A stretch of 64,000 nucleotides of DNA from an uncultured cyanobacterium (lineage in GTDB: Bacteria; Cyanobacteriota; Cyanobacteriia; Cyanobacteriales; Cyanobacteriaceae): positions 64,001 to 128,000 of the forward strand of contig CAVVOP010000032.1 in NCBI GenBank assembly GCA_963749915.1, written 5' to 3'. How positions within the stretch are numbered: the first letter of the stretch is position 1; every line of letters begins with the position of its first letter. This document shows positions 21,863 to 30,597 of the stretch, one piece after another. Under the pieces are notes generated by a model. It was given only the letters and a program-made list of their open reading frames with translations, made no database searches and was not told where the DNA came from. Both the position numbers and the translations under genes were made by a program.

Positions 21863-23383
21863 CTAATTAACTGGCTTCCTTTCCCATGATTTGATGGGGT
21901 GAATCTGGTTTTCACCACCGGCATCACAAAAACCACTGGGGAGATTAGAACAATCGACAGTACCAGCACTACCAATTATATCGGAGCCCCCCGTAGCACT
22001 GTAAGATCTAGCCCAAACTGCTCCTCTTATGGCACTTGCCCCAGTCATGGAAACTTGTGCTAGAGGGGCAAAGATAAACGCATTTGTACCTGAACCTCCA
22101 GTTAACCGCAAATCGTCGCTAACATATTGATAAATTTGGATTTGATCAGGAGTGCCGGGATTGCTTAGAGGACCGCCAATGCCCGAGCCCCCGTTAAGTG
22201 TTATTGCCCCGTGGGCGTAGATGATTAGTGTTGTCCCCGGCGTAACGACAATGCCAGCACCAGAGTGGGTAACTTTTAATTCGCCGTTCAAATATAATTT
22301 GACAGTCTGGCCGGGAGCATCGATGGTGAGGATATCTCCACCGCCAGTAAAATTAATGCCTGTCGAACCAGTGAGGTGATAAGTATTGTAAATGTTACTG
22401 ACAGTGCCACCGATTTCTGGGTGGTTGCAGGGGGCAGGAAGGGTGACGGCATTTCCGATTGCGTTTGAGGTGGTGCAGACTCCGGTTCCCGGGACGTTGG
22501 TGAGTAGCCCCTCCATCGGCAGGGTAGGAAATTTTTCGCTGCTGATGTCATAGGTAAAAGGGGGGGTTGGGATAACGCCGTTTACCTTTTGCTGTAATTT
22601 CAGAGCATCTATTTTACTAGTACTGCTGGTACAGGCAGCAGTGCCGGAACCGGGAGGATTATCAGCAGATACGGATGTAGAATCCTTAACATTTGTCTGG
22701 ATTTCACTATCCGAATGGCTGGTGCTCGAATCATTATTGCAAGTTATCCACAGTCCCTCTCCATTGAGATCACCACTGCCAGCACCAGGGGTTACGTCGA
22801 AGGAAACTTCCACACGAGTCGTTGATATTGCGGCACTAGCCGCGGTTTGATTAACTCGTCCTTCCACAATTAAAGTTCCTGTGCCCGCCGCCGTGGGATC
22901 TGGTGCAGTGGCGGGGTTACCGTCGTCATCAAAGCTGTAACTAATCAGTCTAAATTGTCCTTTACTGGGATCGCTAGGATCTGCATCTTGCCAACTTGTC
23001 TGTGCCGCATTCGTGATCTGTGTAGAATTAGTTACGTCTGGAATACTGCCTGCATTGGACCAACTGGCCGTAGAGGCGGTGTCGGGGCAAACCCCACTGG
23101 AATTGCGAGTGCCTTCACAATCGGGATAGACAGCAAGCTTGGGGTGGCTAACAAGAAAGGATTGATAACGGCTAATACCTGATTCCCCCAGGGCTTGAGC
23201 TTGTTTAGCATCTTCATCTATAGCGACTTGTAGCTTCCGTGATGCTGCACTCGTGAGTGAAGATAGCAATATTGTAAAAAACATCAAACCCAAACCAAGG
23301 GACATAAAAAATCCGAATCCATTCTCTTTGCCCTGATTAGGGAAGAGTATGAACCGAAATAAACTAATATTTTTATATCTCAT
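21863..23383 (-). CDS. PilX-like minor pilin with C-terminal beta-helical domain
   Basis: KENG|FGFFMSLGLGLM prepilin-like cleavage site lacking Glu+5, AQALGESGI (PilX N-terminal motif), GxLxVxG strands, FIFAPLA/GAVWA, terminal IKSWER. Confidence 0.7.
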   Translation of the reverse strand: MRYKNISLFRFILFPNQGKENGFGFFMSLGLGLMFFTILLSSLTSAASRKLQVAIDEDAKQAQALGESGISRYQSFLVSHPKLAVYPDCEGTRNSSGVCPDTASTASWSNAGSIPDVTNSTQITNAAQTSWQDADPSDPSKGQFRLISYSFDDDGNPATAPDPTAAGTGTLIVEGRVNQTAASAAISTTRVEVSFDVTPGAGSGDLNGEGLWITCNNDSSTSHSDSEIQTNVKDSTSVSADNPPGSGTAACTSSTSKIDALKLQQKVNGVIPTPPFTYDISSEKFPTLPMEGLLTNVPGTGVCTTSNAIGNAVTLPAPCNHPEIGGTVSNIYNTYHLTGSTGINFTGGGDILTIDAPGQTVKLYLNGELKVTHSGAGIVVTPGTTLIIYAHGAITLNGGSGIGGPLSNPGTPDQIQIYQYVSDDLRLTGGSGTNAFIFAPLAQVSMTGASAIRGAVWARSYSATGGSDIIGSAGTVDCSNLPSGFCDAGGENQIHPIKSWERKPVN

Positions 23384-23579
23384 TTTTTTTGCACCTTCAT
23401 ATTTAAATCAAAAATATTCGATATAAATTAGCTACTAACACTTCCCTAGGCTGAGTTTGATTTGGGTTAAATAACCAATGTCTTTTTAGGAAGAAATACA
23501 CTTCAGTTGAGAGTTACATGCTTTAACTAATCAATCATTTCATACATCTATTTAACCCCCTTTTTTACCTTTAAAAAAC

Positions 23580-23663
23580 CGTATAAATACCGTTTTTTAA
23601 GACAAATAATTATAAATTTATGATGAAGTTATATTTTTTATTCGTATAAATACTGTTTTTTAA
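23580..23663. promoter_or_regulatory. paired 21-bp direct repeats CGTATAAATAC(C/T)GTTTTTTAA, candidate operator
   Basis: Copies at 23580 and 23643 (63 bp apart) with palindromic core GTAT-AA-ATAC; related CGTAAAAATACCG at 34026. Confidence 0.5.
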
Positions 23664-23864
23664 AATTCTCTCCTTTATCTAATAGTTTATTTAACATAAC
23701 TGTATTAATTAAGAAGTATAAATTTAACAAATCTTTGCAAATTAAATCAAAAATAGTTGGGTATAGTTTGATAATATAAACACTTAAGTGCAATTTCAAT
23801 GGTACTTAAACAAAAATAACTAATAACTAATAACTAGTTACTTTAATTAGGAGATACTTAAAGA

Positions 23865-26800
23865 ATGGCTATTTTGAACTTTGGAGCAGAAGGAGCACGT
23901 GAGGAACGTGGTGCGGAAAGCTTTCAATTTCCTCAACCTTTACCTTCCCTCATCAACGATCTAGATGGGCTGACAGTAGTTATAACTGCAACCTATGACG
24001 ACCCTACAACCCCTGAAGAAGATGCTGTAACTGCTTTTCCTTACCTAGATGGATTATTTGTTGGTCGGCCGGGAGGGCTTGGTGTCGCTAGAGCTCTTAC
24101 CAACCAGAATCAAGCTAACCCTGGAGGTGACGATAACCTTACCGAAGGAGAAACGGTCAAACTCGCGTTCAGCGAGGAAGTAACATTTAGTGAATTATTA
24201 TTCAGAGATGAATTTCACCGTTCCTACATTGGACAAACGGCATTATTTCTAGACTATGCGTTAGTTGAGGTTGATGAAGAGAGGACATACTTTATACAAC
24301 TTATTGATCCTACTGCTGCCTGGGAGGATGCTAATAGCAATGGCATCTTCGATCCAGGTCTCGACACTCGAATTCCGCTTCTCCCTGAGGATGGCACACC
24401 TCCACCACTGACAGGTACCACGTTCGAGTTTTCCTATGGCGATGTGGAAGATGACGATGACCAGTATTATATAGACACCGCTACAATCTTCCGACTAGCT
24501 AAACTAGGGGATTTTGTCTGGAACGACCTCAACGCCAACGGCCTGCAAGAAGCGGATGAACCTGGCATTAATGGCGTCACGGTCAAACTGCTCAGCGCCA
24601 CCGGTGCAGTCCTCCAGACCACCACAACTGGTGCCGGCACCGATGACCCCGACACCCCGGGTGACGAAAGCAATGGCTATTACGAGTTCGCCGGCCTGAC
24701 TCCCGGTGTGGACTACAAGGTGATGTTCACCCAGCCCACCGGCTTCAATTCGGTCAGCCCCTTCCAGGCGGGGAATAATCCCGCCATCGATTCCGATGCC
24801 AATCCAGGTAATGGCCTGATGTCGGATGTAGTGGTGCTCGAATCAGGGAAATTCAACCGCACCATCGATGCGGGCTTCTACAACACTGCCAAACTAGGGG
24901 ATTTCGTCTGGGAAGACCTCAACGCCAACGGCATCCAAGAAGCGGGTGAACCCGGCATCAACGACGTCACGGTCAAACTGCTCGACGCCACTGGTGCAAC
25001 CCTCCAGACCACCACCACAGGCACCGGAACGGACGACCCCGACACCCCTGGTGACGAAAGCAATGGCTATTACGAATTCAGCGGTTTGACCCCTGGTGTG
25101 GGCTACACCGTGATGTTCGTCAATCCAGACGACGATGCCTACATGTTCAGCAAGCCCTTCGCTCCCGATGGTATGACACCGGCTGAGAACCCAACGACTG
25201 ACAGCAACGTCATCGATCCGATCAATGGTACCACCACTCCGGTGTCCCTCACTTCGGGCGATTTCGACCGCACCATCGATGCCGGTCTGTTCCGCAAGGG
25301 CTCGATCGGGGATTTCGTCTGGAACGACCTCAACGCCAACGGCATCCAGGAAGCGGATGAACCCGGCATAGCTAATGCGGAAGTAAAATTACAAGATTCA
25401 GCTGGAAACGTCTTAGATACTACTAGTACCGATGGGAATGGATTCTATTCCTTCACCAGCTTAATTCCTGGAGACTACAAAGTCATGTTTGTCCAGCCGG
25501 ATGGTTTTGATAGCGTTAGTCCCTTCCAGGCGGGGAATAATCCTGCAGTCGATTCTGATGCCGATCCAGGTAATGGCCTGATGTCGGATGTGTTCACCTT
25601 AGTTTCAGGAGAAGATAATCCTACTATTGATGCGGGCTTCTACAACACTGCCACACTAGGGGATTTCGTCTGGAACGACCTCAACGCCAACGGCATCCAA
25701 GAAGCGGATGAACCCGGCATAGCTAATACGGAAGTAAAATTACAAGATGCAGCTGGAAACGTCTTAGATACTACTAGTACCGATGGGAATGGATTCTATT
25801 CCTTCACCAGCTTAATTCCTGGGGACTACAAAGTCATGTTTGTCCAGCCGGATGGTTTTGATAGCGTTAGTCCCTTCCAGGCGGGGAATAATCCTGCCAT
25901 CGATTCCGATGCCAATCCAGGTAATGGCCTGATGTCCGATGTGTTCACCTTAGTTTCAGGAGAAGATAATCCTACTATTGATGCGGGCTTCTACAACACT
26001 GCCACACTAGGGGATTTCGTCTGGAACGACCTCAACGCCAACGGCATCCAAGAAGCGGATGAACCCGGCATAGCTAATACGGAAGTAAAATTACAAGATT
26101 CAGCTGGAAACGTCTTAGATACTACTAGTACCGATGGGAATGGATTCTATTCCTTCACCAGCTTAATTCCTGGGGACTACAAAGTCATGTTTGTCCAGCC
26201 GGATGGTTTTGATAGCGTTAGTCCCTTCCAGGCGGGGAATAATCCTGCCATCGATTCCGATGCCAATCCAGGTAATGGCCTGATGTCCGATGTGTTCACC
26301 TTAGTTTCAGGAGAAGATAATCCTACTATTGATGCGGGCTTCTACAACACTGCCACACTAGGGGATTTCGTCTGGAACGACCTCAACGCCAACGGCATCC
26401 AAGAAGCGGATGAACCCGGCATAGCTAATACGGAAGTAAAATTACAAGATGCAGCTGGAAACGTCTTAGATACTACTAGTACCGATGGGAATGGATTCTA
26501 TTCCTTCACCAGCTTAATTCCTGGGGACTACAAAGTCATGTTTGTCCAGCCGGATGGTTTTGATAGCGTTAGTCCCTTCCAGGCGGGGAATAATCCTGCC
26601 ATCGATTCCGATGCCAATCCAGGTAATGGCCTGATGTCCGATGTGTTCACCTTAGTTTCAGGAGAAGATAATCCTACTATTGATGCGGGCTTCTACAACA
26701 CTGCCACACTAGGGGATTTCGTCTGGAACGACCTCAACGCCAACGGCATCCAAGAAGCGGATGAACCCGGCATAGCTAATGCGGAAGTAAAATTACAAGA

Positions 26801-28415
26801 TGCAGCTGGAAACGTCTTAGATACTACTAGTACCGATGGGAATGGATTCTATTCCTTCACCAGCTTAATTCCTGGGGACTACAAAGTCATGTTTGTCCAG
26901 CCGGATGGTTTTGATAGCGTTAGTCCCTTCCAGGCGGGGAATAATCCTGCCATTGATTCCGATGCCAATCCAGATAATGGCCTGATGTCGGATGTAGTGG
27001 TGCTCAAATCGGGGGAATTCAACCGCACCATCGATGCGGGCTTCTTCACTGAGCCTCTTCTTCCTGATTTAGTCATTAAGAAAGAAGATGATGTAGATTG
27101 TGACATCAAGGATTTTTGTCCCACTGACTGTGATGGTGACGATCATCCTGGTGGTGGCACTGGCGGATCTAAAGGTACTAGTGGCACTGGCGGATCTAAA
27201 GGTACTAGTGGTACTGGCGGATCTAAAGGTACTAAAGGTACTAGCGGTTCTGGGGATAAAGGCACCAGCGGTAATAAAGGCACTCTTGGCACTAGTGGTT
27301 CTGGTGACAAAAGTACTGGTGGTTCCAAAGGTTCTGGTGGCCCCATTGATGGAGACTGTGGTTGTGATGATGCTCCCACTATCGGCGAAAAGATTAAATA
27401 CACTATTACTGTCAGCAATGATGGTGAAGGAATTGCTAAAGAGTTTAAGGTTCAAGACCATCTTCCTCAAGGGCTAAAATACGTAGATGGATCAATCTCT
27501 GATGACTTAATTGTAGCTCCAGCTAATGCTCCTACTGATCCAGAAGGCAATGATATCATCATCTCTGGCTTTAAGCCTCTCGCGTCCGGAGACAGCGTAT
27601 CCTTTATGTTCGAGGCTAAGATTACCGAAGATATTGGTGGCCATGACGGCGATGATGACTTATTATTCTGTCCTGGTGGTTCTAAAGGTACTGGTGGTTC
27701 TAAAGGTACTGGTGGTTCTAAAGGTACTGGTGGTTCTAAAGGTACTGGTGGTTCTAAAGGTACTGGCGGTTCTAAAGGTACTGGTGGTTCTAAAGGTACT
27801 GGCGGTGATAAAGGCACTAGCGGTACTGGCGGTTCCGGTGGTGACGATGATTCTCATGGTGACGATGTCTTCAAGAAAATCACCAATAAAGTGCGCGTTA
27901 CTTTAACTGATGGAGACGAATCTGACGTCAGTAATAACGAGGCTGAAGAACATACCCCCGTTAAAGTTGGCGGCCCTAAACTTAAGGGAGATGTCTGCGA
28001 TATCCTCGGTAAGCCACGGGAGCTAACTTTTGAGTACAACCCCGGTACTGATGTGCTAACGGGACAGAAAGAAGGAAAAGCCTTCGCAAACGGCACACCA
28101 GACGATGATGGTGAGTCCTATATCGTTGTGTCTAAGGAGGACAAACTGAAAGATGTCTTGAAATTAGAAGACAAAGATACGTTCTTTGAAGGTACCGTGT
28201 TTGAAGGCGACGACTTCACCGCGATCGCTGAAAAATTTGGTTCTGAAACCAACTTCTTTATCTTCGATGACGAGGCTGCCTTTAAAAGTGGTAGTGACCC
28301 ATTACAAACCCTTGGCTATCATACTTCTTGCTCGCAGCCCATTCAGCTAGGCGATATAATCGGCAGCGTAGAGTTGGTCGGTTATGTAGGTGAAGATGGC
28401 TCAGCTTTCGTGTAA
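23865..28415 (+). CDS. giant surface protein: N-terminal domain, 7 SdrD B-like repeats, DUF11 Ig-like domain with GGSKGT loops, C-terminal HTSCSQP domain
   Basis: GDFVWxDLNANG...IDAG repeats; IKYTITVSNDG/VQDHLPQGL (DUF11); AGGAG ribosome-binding site; no obvious signal peptide. Confidence 0.88.
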   Translation: MAILNFGAEGAREERGAESFQFPQPLPSLINDLDGLTVVITATYDDPTTPEEDAVTAFPYLDGLFVGRPGGLGVARALTNQNQANPGGDDNLTEGETVKLAFSEEVTFSELLFRDEFHRSYIGQTALFLDYALVEVDEERTYFIQLIDPTAAWEDANSNGIFDPGLDTRIPLLPEDGTPPPLTGTTFEFSYGDVEDDDDQYYIDTATIFRLAKLGDFVWNDLNANGLQEADEPGINGVTVKLLSATGAVLQTTTTGAGTDDPDTPGDESNGYYEFAGLTPGVDYKVMFTQPTGFNSVSPFQAGNNPAIDSDANPGNGLMSDVVVLESGKFNRTIDAGFYNTAKLGDFVWEDLNANGIQEAGEPGINDVTVKLLDATGATLQTTTTGTGTDDPDTPGDESNGYYEFSGLTPGVGYTVMFVNPDDDAYMFSKPFAPDGMTPAENPTTDSNVIDPINGTTTPVSLTSGDFDRTIDAGLFRKGSIGDFVWNDLNANGIQEADEPGIANAEVKLQDSAGNVLDTTSTDGNGFYSFTSLIPGDYKVMFVQPDGFDSVSPFQAGNNPAVDSDADPGNGLMSDVFTLVSGEDNPTIDAGFYNTATLGDFVWNDLNANGIQEADEPGIANTEVKLQDAAGNVLDTTSTDGNGFYSFTSLIPGDYKVMFVQPDGFDSVSPFQAGNNPAIDSDANPGNGLMSDVFTLVSGEDNPTIDAGFYNTATLGDFVWNDLNANGIQEADEPGIANTEVKLQDSAGNVLDTTSTDGNGFYSFTSLIPGDYKVMFVQPDGFDSVSPFQAGNNPAIDSDANPGNGLMSDVFTLVSGEDNPTIDAGFYNTATLGDFVWNDLNANGIQEADEPGIANTEVKLQDAAGNVLDTTSTDGNGFYSFTSLIPGDYKVMFVQPDGFDSVSPFQAGNNPAIDSDANPGNGLMSDVFTLVSGEDNPTIDAGFYNTATLGDFVWNDLNANGIQEADEPGIANAEVKLQDAAGNVLDTTSTDGNGFYSFTSLIPGDYKVMFVQPDGFDSVSPFQAGNNPAIDSDANPDNGLMSDVVVLKSGEFNRTIDAGFFTEPLLPDLVIKKEDDVDCDIKDFCPTDCDGDDHPGGGTGGSKGTSGTGGSKGTSGTGGSKGTKGTSGSGDKGTSGNKGTLGTSGSGDKSTGGSKGSGGPIDGDCGCDDAPTIGEKIKYTITVSNDGEGIAKEFKVQDHLPQGLKYVDGSISDDLIVAPANAPTDPEGNDIIISGFKPLASGDSVSFMFEAKITEDIGGHDGDDDLLFCPGGSKGTGGSKGTGGSKGTGGSKGTGGSKGTGGSKGTGGSKGTGGDKGTSGTGGSGGDDDSHGDDVFKKITNKVRVTLTDGDESDVSNNEAEEHTPVKVGGPKLKGDVCDILGKPRELTFEYNPGTDVLTGQKEGKAFANGTPDDDGESYIVVSKEDKLKDVLKLEDKDTFFEGTVFEGDDFTAIAEKFGSETNFFIFDDEAAFKSGSDPLQTLGYHTSCSQPIQLGDIIGSVELVGYVGEDGSAFV
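25310..27050 (+). repeat. five near-identical 351-bp intragenic tandem repeats
   Basis: CTGCCACACTAGGGGATTTC recurs at 25648, 25999, 26350 and 26701. Confidence 0.95.
27675..27800 (+). repeat. 18-bp tandem repeat x7 encoding (GGSKGT)7
   Basis: GG(T/C)GGTTCTAAAGGTACT units; a degenerate block is also at ~27150-27340. Confidence 0.95.
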
Positions 28416-28454
28416 GAATTCAGTTCCCTCTAAATCTCTGAAGCTGGTACTGTC

Positions 28455-28560
28455 CTAGTGGTCTGCCAATTTTGAAATGAGGGATAAAACAATCCTCCAA
28501 AATCCAAAATCCAAAATTATCCGTTCCCAGTCCCTCAAAACTATCTTGACAGACCACTAG
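28455..28560. mobile_element. MITE family A, copy 2 (TSD CTAG)
   Basis: Near-identical to 21736-21848. Confidence 0.88.
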
Positions 28561-28762
28561 ACTGATATAACCCCTGTTAGACATAACGTTTAGCGGGGGT
28601 TTTTGATTACTAGAAAAAACGAAATTGTAATTGAAAATCCACTATTGTAATTAATATTAATACAAATTAATTCAAATCTCTTGGCAAAGCTTCGAGATCG
28701 AAGTACAATTAAGGTCGAATAAGAAGTTGAATGCCCCTATAAGTAGAAAAAAAGAAGAATAG

Positions 28763-29302
28763 ATGAACGAAAAAATTGTTTATTTAATGCGAGGATTGCC
28801 CTGTTGTGGCAAAAGCTATACATCTCTTAGGTTAGCGGGAGTAAATGGGGTAGTCTGTGAAGCTGATGAATATTTTTACTTTCAAGTAGGAGATGACCCC
28901 TTTGAATATGATTGGGATGATGATTTAAGTGATGAAGCAGATCAATGGAGCTTTGAAAAGTTTATGGATGCTATTGATGACGAGAAGTCCCCTATTGTGG
29001 TTGATTGGGGGCACGCTTTATCTAGGACGACTCAAATCTATGCCCAATATGCCGTAGAACATGGATATAAAGTTGAATTAAAAGAGCCAGATTCTTGGTG
29101 GTGGCAAGAAATTAGCGTTTTGCTCAAATATAAAGAACATACTTGGCCGGTTTTAGAGGATTGGGCCTACAAACTGGTAAAAAAGAGTCGCTCTACAGGT
29201 CATCGTGTCCCATTATCTGTATTTCTTGAACGGATGAAATATTGGAAGTGGGATCTTACAGTGGAGGAGATACTTAATTATAAAAATTGGAAAAAGCGTT
29301 AG
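28763..29302 (+). CDS. AAA_33 / N4BP2-like (polynucleotide kinase-fold) P-loop kinase, paralog 1
   Basis: YLMRGLPCCGKS, ADEYF, SPIVVD, YAVEHGYKVELKEPDSWW, HRVP, LTVEEILN. Confidence 0.8.
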   Translation: MNEKIVYLMRGLPCCGKSYTSLRLAGVNGVVCEADEYFYFQVGDDPFEYDWDDDLSDEADQWSFEKFMDAIDDEKSPIVVDWGHALSRTTQIYAQYAVEHGYKVELKEPDSWWWQEISVLLKYKEHTWPVLEDWAYKLVKKSRSTGHRVPLSVFLERMKYWKWDLTVEEILNYKNWKKR

Positions 29303-29410
29303 AATACTCTGGTAATCTGAAAGAAAATAGCTGAATAGCAATGGATTTCGCTGAAAATGTCCTAGTTCATCAGTTAAAGATTATTAATCGTTACTATTCC
29401 TAAATTAATT

Positions 29411-29965
29411 ATGATAACTGTACCCAAAAATAGAAAATTGGTTTATTTAATGAGGGGATTACCTAGTTCCGGTAAAAGCTACACAGCTTCTCAATTAGTC
29501 AGAAAAAGAGGAGTAATCTGCGAAACTGAACAATACTTTTATACTGAAGTGGGAAATGACCCAACTAAGTTTGACTATAAACCAGAGTTGATGGAAATAG
29601 CCCGTGAATGGAATTTTGGGAAATTTAAACAGGCGATCGCCGAAGAAATCTCTCCGATCGTCGTTGATCGGGGTAATGGACTCAATCAGGAAACTAAACG
29701 CTATGCCCAATATGCCGTAGAACATAGCTATAAAGTTGAATTAAAAGAGCCAGATTCTTTATGGTGGCAAGAAATTAGAGTATTACTCAAACATAAAGAA
29801 TATACTTGGCCTATTTTAGAAGTGTGGGCGAAAGAACTAGAAAAAATGAGTCGTTCTACTCATAGGGTGCCATCATCTGTATTTTTGAGTCGCATGAAAT
29901 CTTGGAAATGGGATCTTACTGTCGAAGATATTCTCAATTGGGAGGAAATTCCGCCAACAAGCTGA
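29411..29965 (+). CDS. AAA_33 / N4BP2-like P-loop kinase, paralog 2
   Basis: YLMRGLPSSGKS, SPIVVDRGN, HRVP; colinear with paralog 1. Confidence 0.8.
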   Translation: MITVPKNRKLVYLMRGLPSSGKSYTASQLVRKRGVICETEQYFYTEVGNDPTKFDYKPELMEIAREWNFGKFKQAIAEEISPIVVDRGNGLNQETKRYAQYAVEHSYKVELKEPDSLWWQEIRVLLKHKEYTWPILEVWAKELEKMSRSTHRVPSSVFLSRMKSWKWDLTVEDILNWEEIPPTS

Positions 29966-30304
29966 ATAAAGACCATTTTTCGTTTGTACTATCTCCCTTG
30001 TCTGCTGTCCTTCGTTCCTTAGTTAGTTATTAAAAATTTACCTTTTTTAACTAGACATGGTTAGTATTTCTCAGTTATACTTAAGGGTATATTAAAAAAA
30101 TACTTAAGGAATTATTTTTAAGTAGCGAGCAAATAAATAGAACGAAAACAAGCTAAATCTTATTTTATTACTGACGAAACAGCAGTCTTAAAATTATGGC
30201 TACAGCAGTTAAATATTTAAGCAGTAAGAGCTTAATCGGTCTGTTAACCATCAATAAACTATCATTACAAACACCTACATACGGTGGAAAAGATATCAAT
30301 ACTC

Positions 30305-30567
30305 CTACTGGTCTATCAATTTTGAAATGAGGGATAGGGAAATTCTCCAAAATCCAAAAGCGGTCAGACCCCAGCACGCGGTCAACGCGCAGGCGATGCG
30401 ACCCTGGGGATTTTTGCAATCCGCCAACGTCCGGTACAAGCGTCTGGGGAAACCCCAGATGACACGGACTCAGGAATGCGCACTACGAGAGGGAATGCTG
30501 ACCAAGAGAGCCAAAATCCAAAATTATCCGTTCCCAGTTTCTCAAAACTATCTTGACAGACCACTAC
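30305..30567. mobile_element. MITE family A, copy 3 (TSD CTAC) with 151-bp GC-rich internal insert
   Basis: Same termini as copies 1 and 2; extra segment 30360-30510 between two CCAAAA. Confidence 0.85.
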
Positions 30568-30597
30568 CGTAAGCCCTATTTAATCTATTAAGCCCCT

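Noticed and set aside
25310..27050. Long regular repeats as a possible CRISPR array
   Set aside because: In-frame 351-bp coding units with no unique spacers; no cas genes in the window
27143..27906. Alternative-frame ORFs such as (VLKVLV)n and (PPVPLE)n
   Set aside because: Shadows of the 18-bp GGSKGT repeat inside the 1516-aa gene
30168..30572. Short ORFs of 60-83 aa
   Set aside because: They span the MITE and its palindromic insert and show no protein-like features
30553..30590. MITE-supplied hybrid promoter for the peroxidase
   Set aside because: TTGACA is present but no convincing -10 hexamer lies at 16-18 bp spacing
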